Below, piece after piece: positions 8,984-20,100 of a stretch of DNA of 64,000 bases. Below the pieces are notes generated by a model. The model ran no database searches. It saw only the letters and a program-made list of their open reading frames with translations, and had not been told where the DNA came from. The stretch comes from Escherichia phage nithesis. The translations under genes and the position numbers were made by a program. Location of the stretch: the sequence record PV252060.1; one strand, given 5' to 3'. Within the stretch, counting starts at the first letter, position 1. Each line of letters starts with the position of its first letter.

Positions 8984-11638
8984 ATGGGTTTATTCAGTGG
9001 GAAGACCAAAGTATACGTAGCATCCTCTGTCTATAACATGGCAGGGGATATACACAAACGTCCCAACTATATGAAGACTGTAGTCATCGGTAACATTGTT
9101 TCCAATACAGGATTCACTATGGCAGACACTATCTCTGATAGTTATCTGAATGGACCGGGTATTCGTATGCGACTGTTCTCTAGCTGGAGTAAGAACCACT
9201 ATGATTCAGAAGTTGGTATGGCTGGCTCTTCATTAGGTGTACTGGCTAAGATTGACCCTACTGTTATAGAGGGTCAAATTACACCACCTGCTGGAGAGTC
9301 CGTCTATGTTCAGGCAGCAGAGATTGGTTTTGCTGACTTTGAACAATGGTGTGACCAGTATCTTTATGAGAATGCCCCAAGTCGAATCATGGAACGATTC
9401 GATATAGACATTGATGAAGATACTAATGAAATTACTATGACCTCCCTGGATGGAGGTTCTACTATTAAATTCACACCTACTAACTTTGAACCAGGTGCTT
9501 TGTATCTCTATGCTGATTACTCGTTTTACAAGTCCCCCTCTATCAATCCACCTGTAGTAGGGCCAACTACTGTCTATGATGATGAGGATGACTTACCCTC
9601 TACTTTGCTATGGACTACTGTATCAAGTGATACAACAGCCAATACAACTAACCTTACTAAGATTATACATACTCATTCTGTTTACTCTGATGGTAGACCG
9701 GATGAAGATAGTACCGTCACGGAACCAAGTGTAGATAACTGGAACTCTTACGTTAAGGTCTACCGTAGAGGGTTTACTGAGAAACCTGATGGTGTGACTG
9801 TGGTTGTATCTGACAGGGTAATGACTCATAAAAAGTTTGGTGAGGTTCAATCCAGTACCACTGTAACTACCAATGTAGTTGATATAGGTGGAGGAGTTAC
9901 TCGTACTGACACAATCACTACAACCACAGAGACACTGGTTCGTAAGTATTCCTCCCAGACTACTCGTACAGATACAGAGATGACTGCTGTTGGTACACCT
10001 AAGATGCTTATCTATAAGCAGAACTCTGGTAACGTTGCACTGGATTCACTGTTTGAGACTGAGGCTACTGACAACCGATTCTACCCATTCATCCCAATCA
10101 GGAATGATAAACGATGGGTAGAGAATGACCCAATATACCCTCACTGTAAGAAAGCTCTTTATAAAGCTACAGGTGGTAAGCTCAATAATGTAGTAACTGA
10201 GCTTAAGAAGAATAAGGATATAGGAGATATCCAATACATTTATGGCACATTCGGTGTATCTCTTAATACCCCAGAAGATACTGCTAAAGAATACATCTAC
10301 CGTTTCTTTCAGATGGCTACTGAAGCATTCCCACCTGACCCAACCTACCCTACATTGGAAGCAGTGATTGCAGGTTATCAGGCAGCTAATGATGCAGTTG
10401 ATGCATACGTAAAATGGTGGAACGAGGGGGTAAATCAGGTAGTTGGAACACCCCCACCACTGCCAGAATACCCTGTCATACCTAAGCGAGAGTTTAGGGT
10501 ACATAGTAATAAGCAGTACAAGTATGACATGACTATTGGCTGGAATTACGTGTCTGAAACTACTCACTCAGGGCAAGCATGGTCTGGTGCTAAGCAGGGG
10601 CAACTTCGATCCAGGTATGCAGGAGATATAACCCTTACCCGTAAGAACATACGTACTGCTAGTAACTCTGGCTCAACTAAGAAGCTGGAGGTTACTACTA
10701 CATTTTACTCTATGCAGGAATACGAACTGCTTTGGCAGGATGGTAATAATACCTACCGTAAACTTAGGGTACTGGGCCTAAACCACAATAACAGGGTATA
10801 TAAAAATAAGTCAGTGCATATTGATGTTGCCGGGGCAATGGGTGATGCAGAGGAGAGTGGATTTATTATTCCACTGCATACTAACATCTATCGTTCAATG
10901 TCACTGGTTCGAAGTACTCAGTTATCCACTGCCTGTTCCTACTTAGTGATGAACTCATATAAGAAGGTTAAGCAGAAGTGGTATCAAACATCTGCTTTTA
11001 AAATTGTGGTTGTTGTAGTTGCTGTCGTTGTATCCGTATTCACTATGGGTGCTGGTGGTGCAGGTATACTTGGAGCATATGGTGCAGTTGGTGCATCACT
11101 TGGCTTTGTTGGATTAGCTGCCGTGATAGTTGGTGCTGTAGCAAACGCTATTGCTGGAATGATTCTGGTATCCATTATTACAAAAGTATCCACTGCACTG
11201 TTCGGTGATAAACTGGGCTTTATTATTGCAGCTATTGCTTCGATGGTAGCTATGAATGTTGGTACTGCATTGTCTACTGGTACATCTCTGTCTACCTTAG
11301 CCAGTGAGATGATGAATGCCCAAAACATCATGCAGCTTACCAGTTCAGTTGGTAATGGTATTAGCCAGTATATTAATGCATCTACGGCTGCTACTATTCA
11401 GAAAGCAGAGAAAGTAATGCAGCAGTACAATACTGATATGATGGCAATCAATAAGCAGTATGAAGAGATGTTTGGTACTGCTGGACAGGGCGTAATTGAC
11501 CCTATGCAATTCGTGTCAATGGAGTCACTGGATTCTTTCTTATCCCGTACACTTATGACTGGTTCGGATATAGCTGACATGTCTTTAAACATGGTTGGCA
11601 GCTTCTCTGACATGACCCTTAATACTGATCTTGTTTAA
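8984..11638 (+). CDS. large virion protein with C-terminal Gly/Ala-rich transmembrane segments; internal/ejection protein candidate
   Basis: 884 aa; C-terminal VVVVAVVVSVFTMGAGGAGILGAYGAVGASLGFVGLAAVIVGAVANAIAGMILVSIIT; upstream of vRNAP. Confidence 0.45.
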   Translation: MGLFSGKTKVYVASSVYNMAGDIHKRPNYMKTVVIGNIVSNTGFTMADTISDSYLNGPGIRMRLFSSWSKNHYDSEVGMAGSSLGVLAKIDPTVIEGQITPPAGESVYVQAAEIGFADFEQWCDQYLYENAPSRIMERFDIDIDEDTNEITMTSLDGGSTIKFTPTNFEPGALYLYADYSFYKSPSINPPVVGPTTVYDDEDDLPSTLLWTTVSSDTTANTTNLTKIIHTHSVYSDGRPDEDSTVTEPSVDNWNSYVKVYRRGFTEKPDGVTVVVSDRVMTHKKFGEVQSSTTVTTNVVDIGGGVTRTDTITTTTETLVRKYSSQTTRTDTEMTAVGTPKMLIYKQNSGNVALDSLFETEATDNRFYPFIPIRNDKRWVENDPIYPHCKKALYKATGGKLNNVVTELKKNKDIGDIQYIYGTFGVSLNTPEDTAKEYIYRFFQMATEAFPPDPTYPTLEAVIAGYQAANDAVDAYVKWWNEGVNQVVGTPPPLPEYPVIPKREFRVHSNKQYKYDMTIGWNYVSETTHSGQAWSGAKQGQLRSRYAGDITLTRKNIRTASNSGSTKKLEVTTTFYSMQEYELLWQDGNNTYRKLRVLGLNHNNRVYKNKSVHIDVAGAMGDAEESGFIIPLHTNIYRSMSLVRSTQLSTACSYLVMNSYKKVKQKWYQTSAFKIVVVVVAVVVSVFTMGAGGAGILGAYGAVGASLGFVGLAAVIVGAVANAIAGMILVSIITKVSTALFGDKLGFIIAAIASMVAMNVGTALSTGTSLSTLASEMMNAQNIMQLTSSVGNGISQYINASTAATIQKAEKVMQQYNTDMMAINKQYEEMFGTAGQGVIDPMQFVSMESLDSFLSRTLMTGSDIADMSLNMVGSFSDMTLNTDLV

Positions 11639-12095
11639 CAGGAGAATCCCCATGGATTTGTCATTCTTAACAGGCAACCAAACCCCACAGCCAGCTGCTA
11701 TGTCTTGGATGTCTAACAACAATCAGAACTTTAATACCCCAGCTATGAACTATAACCCAGGTGCAGCTATTGGTATGGGTACGAATTTGGGAGCATCTTC
11801 CCCTACTACTTTCATGTCTGGTTCAGCTAATCAGTTGGGCCTGAACGTACCCACCTTCCAGTTAGGACTGGGTGCACTTGGTTCATTAGCTAATATCTAT
11901 AGTGGTTTCCAGGCCAATAAGTTAGCCAAAGACCAGTTGAACTTTGCTAAGAGTGTTACTAACACTAACCTGAATAACCAGATTAAGTCTTATAACACTG
12001 CACTGGAAGACCGTGCTCGTAGCCGTGCTGTTGCAGAGAACCGTGACCAGTCTACTGCTGATGCTTATATTGCAGCTAATAAATTAACCCGTTAA
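11631..12095 (+). CDS. hypothetical virion protein
   Basis: 154-aa ORF overlapping the stop of the preceding gene. Confidence 0.35.
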   Translation: MFNRRIPMDLSFLTGNQTPQPAAMSWMSNNNQNFNTPAMNYNPGAAIGMGTNLGASSPTTFMSGSANQLGLNVPTFQLGLGALGSLANIYSGFQANKLAKDQLNFAKSVTNTNLNNQIKSYNTALEDRARSRAVAENRDQSTADAYIAANKLTR

Positions 12096-12107
12096 TAGGA
12101 AACCATC

Positions 12108-14054
12108 ATGGCTCAAATTACATGGCGTAATGTTGATGCACCTAACTTCTCTGGAGTTGGTGACAGCATTCGCACATTTGGCAACATGATTGGTAACGCC
12201 ACCTCCGGCTTAAGTGATGCACTGGGTAATTTCCAGAACGCTGCCAAGCAGGAGGCTGGCAATGCCGTCATGATGAATGCTATGCAGTATCAAGACCCTA
12301 CTGAGTACCGTAATGCTTTAGCATCCGGTGCACTATTTCAGGGGGTTGACCCTTCATTAGTAAGTCAGCGTACCCTCCAAAATCTGGATGAACGAGCAGG
12401 TACTCTTTTGACCCAACAAGGTCAGCAGGGAATTAATGACTACAATGCTTATCGTTTTGGCCGTTTACAGGATACTGACTCTGCATTAGATAATGCATCT
12501 CCAGCTATTCGTTTACTGTCTGAGGCATATCAGTCTGGTGACCAGAACCGTGTTAATGCTGCACTGAGTCAAACCCGTGATGCACTGTCTGCACTACCTG
12601 CTGACCAACAACTGGATTTGTTGAGTCGTCTACAAGGACAAGGTGGTGCTGCTATTAATCAGGCGAGTAATCGCTTTGACCTTAATGTACGTCAACGTAA
12701 TGATGCTGATTCACAAGCTGCATCCGGTATATTGACGGATATTTTCCGTAGTGCTTCTACACCTATGGATGCTCTTACACTGGCAGAGTCTGCTATGCAG
12801 AATGCTTCCCCGGGTGTACGTGCTGCAATCATGCGAGGTGTGAACCAGAGATTCCCAGGTACTTACGCTACGTCTCCTTCTGGTTCTGCTCCTGGAACTG
12901 CTGGTACTCGTTCTGGTTCTCCTTATGATGCAACCTATACCTTTGCTGCTACTGATAAGCCTATTACTGAAATGACATTAGGTGAGGTTACTAATCATCA
13001 GCAAACTATGATTAATAACCCGTCACAAGGTCATTCCCCTGTGGGTGCATTCCAGATTAATAAAGCTACTCTGGAGGACTATGCTCCTAAAGTACTTGGT
13101 TCAGATTGGCGTAATCAGCAAATGACTCCTGAAGTACAGGACAAAATAGCTGAAGCAATCTTTAATGACCGCAAGGGTGGTAACCTTTCCAAGACTTGGG
13201 CTGCATTGCCTGATTTAGGTGTAGGCGGTTATAAGGATATGCCTTGGAGTGAGGCACGTCAGTTAATTGCACAAGCAGAAGTAGGTGCACCCCTTGATCA
13301 GCTACAGACCCAGCAAGTAGTCTCAAACATGGCAGGCAATACGGTTGCTGCTCGTCAGTCTGAAGATAATACTGGAACCATTACTGCTAACTATGCTCGT
13401 GCATTACGTGACAACTCTACCATTGGTGAAGTAGCAGACCGTCTTCTTAAGGATGCTTTTAAAGGTTCTGAGAAAGGATGGATGATTGCACGACTGAATG
13501 ATGTTATGCAGGAATCTGGGCAGTCTCCTGCTGTAGCTGCTGAGATTCTTAAGCAGTCTACTACCAACGTACCGGAAGGTATGATTAGTCGAGCACTTGA
13601 TGCACTTAACCCATTCATCTCCAATGAGGGTGGTGGTGGTATTCGTATTGACGATACCGTTGCCAGAGAACTAGCACGTTCAGTACGACGTGGGGAAGGT
13701 ATTGAAGCTACTGCTCGTGATAATGTTCTTACTCTGGTACAGGGTAATATTGAAAATGCTCAGAACCAGGTAACACAAGCAGAAGCCTTACTTGCTGATA
13801 CCCGTCGTCGTGTAGCTGCTGGACAAAGTGGACTTGCTGCTACTATTCCTGCTCGTGAAGCTGAGTTAGTAAGAGCACGTGCTGCACTTGATGCTGCTGT
13901 TAATACTGTGGTAGCTGACCAGGGAAATCTGGTTCCACAGAACTTCCGTTCTAATGCTTCAGTAGAACGTGAACGTAGTCGTGAAGATGAAGAACGAGCT
14001 AAACGTTATCGAAAATTAGCAGAGGGTTTACCTCCCTATATGCAACCTCGATAA
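12108..14054 (+). CDS. virion protein, function unassigned
   Basis: 648-aa ORF immediately upstream of vRNAP, followed by a terminator. Confidence 0.4.
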   Translation: MAQITWRNVDAPNFSGVGDSIRTFGNMIGNATSGLSDALGNFQNAAKQEAGNAVMMNAMQYQDPTEYRNALASGALFQGVDPSLVSQRTLQNLDERAGTLLTQQGQQGINDYNAYRFGRLQDTDSALDNASPAIRLLSEAYQSGDQNRVNAALSQTRDALSALPADQQLDLLSRLQGQGGAAINQASNRFDLNVRQRNDADSQAASGILTDIFRSASTPMDALTLAESAMQNASPGVRAAIMRGVNQRFPGTYATSPSGSAPGTAGTRSGSPYDATYTFAATDKPITEMTLGEVTNHQQTMINNPSQGHSPVGAFQINKATLEDYAPKVLGSDWRNQQMTPEVQDKIAEAIFNDRKGGNLSKTWAALPDLGVGGYKDMPWSEARQLIAQAEVGAPLDQLQTQQVVSNMAGNTVAARQSEDNTGTITANYARALRDNSTIGEVADRLLKDAFKGSEKGWMIARLNDVMQESGQSPAVAAEILKQSTTNVPEGMISRALDALNPFISNEGGGGIRIDDTVARELARSVRRGEGIEATARDNVLTLVQGNIENAQNQVTQAEALLADTRRRVAAGQSGLAATIPAREAELVRARAALDAAVNTVVADQGNLVPQNFRSNASVERERSREDEERAKRYRKLAEGLPPYMQPR

Positions 14055-14067
14055 AATCTTACATACT

Positions 14068-14095
14068 AATAAAGCCCCATCCGGGGCTTTTCTCT
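14068..14095 (+). terminator. rho-independent terminator
   Basis: aaagcccc-atcc-ggggcttt stem-loop followed by tctctt. Confidence 0.55.
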
Positions 14096-14139
14096 TACAT
14101 TCACTTACTGTACAGTGAATCTTCTTATACGATATAAGT

Positions 14140-17100
14140 TTGAACAGGAATCATGCTATGTCAACATTTGACCGTCTGGCAGGTTTCGCAGACAGCATCA
14201 CTACTGCTAAGCAAGTCGATGTCTCTACTGCAACCTCTCGGAAACAAGCTGAACAAGGGCAAAACCCTTTCCAATTAACTCCTCAGAATGCCTACCAATT
14301 ACAGGCAGGTCGTGCTGGTAACTTAGGTGCTGGTGCATTTGACCTAGGTTCTATTCAGGCAGATTTTACTAATGCCTCTCCTCTTGAAATCATAAACAAA
14401 TATGGCAATGAGCAAGGAATGGACATTCTCAATGCCCGTGTCAATGCAGCTAATGCTGTTCGTCGTGATTTAACTAAGAGTCGTACATATGGTGAAGCAC
14501 TTGGTGATACCCTCTCTGGTGTTGGTCTTGGTGTTGCTAATACCCTTGGGGGCATTGCTGCTCTTGGTACAGGTTTGGTCAATGATAATGCCGGGGCATC
14601 CATTGCTTCCGGTCTTGACTGGTTAAACAAAGGTGTACACAACCTACAGTCTGATGCATTGAATGCTCGTCGTAATGTAGTACAGAACCAGAACGTAATA
14701 TCTGCACAGGAAAATGAGAAACTCTATAAGCAAGATGTTGCTAAAGGAGAAAGTGAACTCGTTGCATCCTTATCTCGTATTGGTCGTGATGCTTATGATT
14801 CTGTTGCTAATACTTTGTCCAATGGCATGGCTGCTACAGATGGACTGGCTGAGGGTGTTGGTTCTCTGTTTACTGGTGGCCCACTTATCCGTGGTGTATC
14901 TGCGCTCGGTAAAGTAATGGTAGGTGGTGATAAAGCTGTTAAGGGTATTACCCTAGCTGCTGAGTTAGGTTCACGTCCTGCACGTACTGCATTAGCTACT
15001 GGTCATGTTGCTGCACCTGCTATAGCAATTGGTGGTATGGAAGCTGGTGGTGCATACCAACAGACTGCTAATGAAATTATGGAAATGCCATTCAGTGAGT
15101 TGGCTGCTAAATCTCCAGTATACCAACAGCATATTAAAGATGGTTTATCTCCTGAAGAAGCACGTCGTCAGACTGCATCTGAAACAGGTATCACTGCTGC
15201 TGGCTTAACTGCTCCGGTTGCTGCTCTTACTGGTCCACTGGTATCCAAGTTTGAACTTAATCCACTTAAAGTAGGTTCATTGGCTGGTGCTGGTTCTAAC
15301 ATGCTGCGTGAGACTGTAGAAGAAGGTATCCAGTCTGGTACAAGTCAGTTTGCACAGAACAAAGCAATTCAGGGTAATGTAGATGCTAATCGTGATTTGC
15401 TTAAAGGTGTGGGTGAACAAACTGGTCTTGGTGCATTGTATGGCTTTGGTTCTGCTGGAGTTGCTCAAGCTCCTGGTGCAACTGTTAAGGCTGCTGGTGC
15501 TGCCGTTGGTCCTGCTGTACGTACTACCCTGGCTGGTGCTTCTCTGGCTGGTAAGGCATTAGTAAAAGCTGCCTCCCCTATTACTAACATTCTGGTTCAA
15601 CGTGGGGAAGAAATAGCCAAACGTAATGAACAAGCATCCCCTGTATCAGATGCTACGGTTAACGCTGCTGCACAAGAAGCTACTGCTCAGGCAGAACAAG
15701 CACAAGCAATTGTTCAGGAAGCAGTAGATGCAATGGATATTTCTCCTGAAGAGAAAGCTGCTGCTACTCAGTATGCTGCTGACTTAACTCAGGCGATGAA
15801 GTTCGACCCAGTAGAACTGGAACAAGCTAGTCCTGCAATCCATGAAGCTGTTTCTGGTTCCACTAACCGTGTTGAAGCTATTCAGAAGATGGCTGACTTG
15901 GTTAATACTGCTGAAGACCCTAATGTTCAAATGGAAGCTGCAATCCAGATGTATGACAACATCATGTCTATGGATAGCTTCATTAACCGTGACCCAGGTG
16001 CATTAGCTAATCTGGAACAAGGTTCTCCTGCTGCTAATATTGTTGACCAGTTCTCTGGTCTGATGGCTAACGTTCAGAATACACCAAAGGTACTTCGTGC
16101 ATTCCGTGCTATTCATTCTATGATTCAGGAACAGGCTGAAGCAGGTAAACTGAAAGCTACTGAGGAAGCCAACCAAGCTCAGGCAAACAATATTGCTATG
16201 GCTGCTGATATGTCTCCAGAAGTACTGGATGCAGATTCAGTGAACATGGTTCTGAAACATGCAAGTGAAGGTAAGATTACACTGGGGAATCGTCAGCGTG
16301 CTGCCCTGCAATCTGCTGCTGCTCTATTGCAAGGAGCACGAGAATTTGACGCTAAAGCAGAAGAACTAGGCTTACGTCCTCAAGACATTGTTAGTAAACA
16401 GATTAAAACCGACGAATCTCGTTCTAATGAAGGCCAGTACTCTGCGTTGCAACATGCTAAACGCATTCGTTCTGCGTACAACTCTGGTAACTTCGATTTG
16501 GCTTCCGCTTATCTCGACGACTTTATGAAGTTCGCCCAGCACATGCAGAATAAGGTCGGAGCGTTGAATGAGCATCTGATTTCTGGGAATGCGGATAAGA
16601 ATAAGTCTGTCCATTATCAGGCTCTTACTCCCTCCCGTGAATGGGTACGTAGTCGTACTGGCCTCGGTATCAATCCGTATGATACCAAGTCTGTTAAGTT
16701 TGCCCAGCAAGTAGGACTGGAAGCCAAGACCGTAGCTGATATTGCTAACGCACTTGCTACGGCTTACCCGGAGCTTAATGTTTCTCATGTGAAAGTTACC
16801 CCATTGGATTCACGTCTGAACAAGCCTGCTGCCCAGGTAGTTAAAGAGTTCCGTCAGGGCAATCTTGATGCTGCTCAATCCCAACAGACCAATGAACCAG
16901 TGAATCAGGTTGATGAAACTCCTGTTACGAAACAGGAACCAGTTACCCCTACTGTACAGACTAAACCCTCTGTTAGTGAAGCTGTTAAAACAGAACCTAC
17001 TATTAAAGAGTCTAAACCACAGACTGTAAAAGAACCTGAGAATCAGTCTGAAAAACAGGATGTCATCGAGAAGTCTACTGAATCTGAAAGGGATACTTAT

Positions 17101-20100
17101 GTGAAAGAGAATACTATTTCACAGGAAACCCTTAATAAGTATGGCGACCGTAAAGAGAGTCCTTGGCTCTTCGCAGATGGTACTGTTGTTGGTTCTAATG
17201 GTGACCATATCAGTCTGTCCGATGTGTTTGGGCATGATGGTTATCGCGATATGTCTATGGACACTGGTGCTGTTCGCTCTACCTTCTACAAAGGAAGTGA
17301 GCAACCATTTGTATCATTGCAACTGTTTGATAATCAGAAGCTGACTGCTGAACAATTCAATACTGTTCAATCATTCGTAGAAGCAAACAATGCACTGATT
17401 CAGATTGGTGTAGATATGTCTGGGCGTAATACCAATAACGTTGAAAAAGAAGAAGTATCACTGGCTCAACTGAAAGCAGACTATACCGTTGGTGGTAAAC
17501 CTCTATCGGAAATGGAAACAGTGTTCCCTGTCTATAACAATGACAAAACACCGAACCAGTTCCTTAAAGCATTTTCTCTGCCAGAAGAACCTAAGTCCCG
17601 TACCATTGGTTCTGAGTCTCCTTTGACTGATGTTAAGAAAGCACTGTCTTCTGCTGCTCGCTTTGAAGCATTCACTCAAAAAGAAAATAACGCTCTCACA
17701 AATGATGTGATTAAGCGTTATCAGGACTTGTTTGATTTTGGTGAAACTTTGAAGACTACTCTGTCTGACCGTCTGGCTAAGTTCCTTGCTAACAAGAACG
17801 TTGGTAAACGTTTTGTAGAAGGTACTGAGGCTAACCGTTGGGTAGGTGGTAAGTTACTTAACATCGTTGAGAAAGATGGTGATACCTTTAAGTTCAATGA
17901 CCAGTTGTTAGAGACTGCTGTACTTGCTGGTCTGCAATGGCGATTAACTGCTACACAGAATGCTGCTGTTAAAGACGTGAAAGACGTAGCTGCTATTACT
18001 GGTGTAGAAGCATCTCTGCTACCAGAAGGCATTTTGGCTGACTTCGAAAATGCTCAGACATTGGTTGAAGCTACTAACTCACTGGCTCAAAAGATTGAAT
18101 CTTATTGGGGTTTAAATCGTAATCCTAATGCACCACTGGGTTATACCAAGGGTATCCCAATGGCAATGGCTACAGAGATTCTGTCTTCTCTCATTGAAAT
18201 GGGTGAAGTTAAAGAGTCCATGCTGGATGTATCTGAGATTGACCCAGAATCTAACAAGACTGTTGGTCTGTATACCATTGAGAAGTTAGATGATAACGAT
18301 GCCATTAACAAATTCCCTACTGCTATTGAAGAAGCTGTTCTCGTAGAACCAGTAGAGAAATTGTACCTGGGTGATGATATTCCTTCCGTGGCTCAAACTC
18401 AGTTACGTAACCCGGCTGTTAAGAATACCCCGGAACAGAAAGCTGCTCTTAAAGCTGAGCAGGCTACTGAGTTCCGTGTACATATGCCGATGGTTAACTT
18501 CTACGAAGCATTAGGTCGCGACAATATTCTGGAATTGATGGGTGCTGGTGCTCTTAATCCAGAATTGTTGAATGTGAATACTGCTAAGTCTCTGGAAGGT
18601 AAAAACCTGTCAGTGTCTATGGCATATGATTCTTTGTTTGGTGTAATCAACCAGATTAAGGAACAAGAGAATGGTCTGGATACACCTATTCACTACGGTT
18701 ACAACATGACCCGTGTAGGTCGTATGCAGATGCTTGGTAAGAACAACCCACAGTCCAGCAAGTTGGTTCGTGAAGCAATTCTGCCAACCTTCTCTACTAT
18801 CGACTTGAGTAATGAAAACAGCCAAACGTTCTCTGATTTCCAGTTAGGTCTGGCTCAGGCATTGGGTATCAAAGTTCATAAAATGTCCCGTGAAGTTATG
18901 TCAGATGAGCTGACTAAAGCTCTGGAAGGTAAACTGAAGCCTGCTGTTGATATGATGGTTGAGTTTGATAAGTCTGGACACTTACCTACCAATGCAGTGG
19001 ATATTCTGAAGACTTCTTTGGGAAGCGATAAATCATTCGTAGCTCTTATGGCTCTTATGGAATATGCCCGTTATCTGAATAGTGATGACCGTGCCAACTT
19101 TAATACCCCACTGTACGTTGAAGCCGATGGTGTAACCAATGGGCCAATCAACGCAATGGTATTAATGACTGGTGGTAAGTTCACATCAGACTGGATTAAG
19201 AATACTGCTAAGGGGGGTTTGTTCTTTGGTAAAGCTGGCAAGACTATGAACGAGCATCATTCGCATGAGGACAGTGTTGACCTGTATGAAGCATCCACTA
19301 ATAATCTACAACAGGCACTGAATGAATTACGCAATACTTACCGTAACAACGTTCCTGTTATGAACCAGATGAATCATCTCCAGAAATTAATGGATTTGTT
19401 CATTAAAGACTTCAATCTTAATGAAGATGGTACTCTGGACCTGAAACGTGGTATTGCTAAAAACCCACTGACTATTACCATCTATGGTTCTGGTGCTCGT
19501 GGTATTGCAGGCAAGATGGTTAGTGCAATTACTGATGTCATCTATGAACGCTTTAGTGACGTTCTGCAAGCTCGTGCTGCTGACCCTAGCATTTCTCCAG
19601 CTATGGCTATGTTTGGTAAGGAGGCTGCGTCTGAGGCCGATGCTCAGGCTATGCTGGATACTTTCCTTACTTCTATGGAAGCACTGACTGGTAATGTTCC
19701 GGTTATGCGTAAAGGGGAGTTGTCTATTCAACAAGTAGAAGGTGCTCTGACTGGTAAGTTAAATCCCCAGAAGTTTACTGTATCTGGGAATGCTCTGAAG
19801 AACTTGCAGGAGAATATGCTCCATCTGTTCGTTGAACCAATGCGTACTGGTATCCGAAATACTGTTGGTGAGGGTTTGATGCATTCTACTGAGAATTTGC
19901 AGAAGGCTACTCAGATTCAATCTCTGGTATTGCAGGATATGTTCCAGCAAGCAGTACAGGCTAAGCTGGCAGAAAAAGAAAAAGACCCAACGTGGAAAAA
20001 GGGTGATTTCTTAACACAGAAAGAACTGAATGAAATCCAGAATAGCTTAGCTCCACTGGCTCCAATGATTGAGACTGGTTCACAAACTTTTTATATTGCA

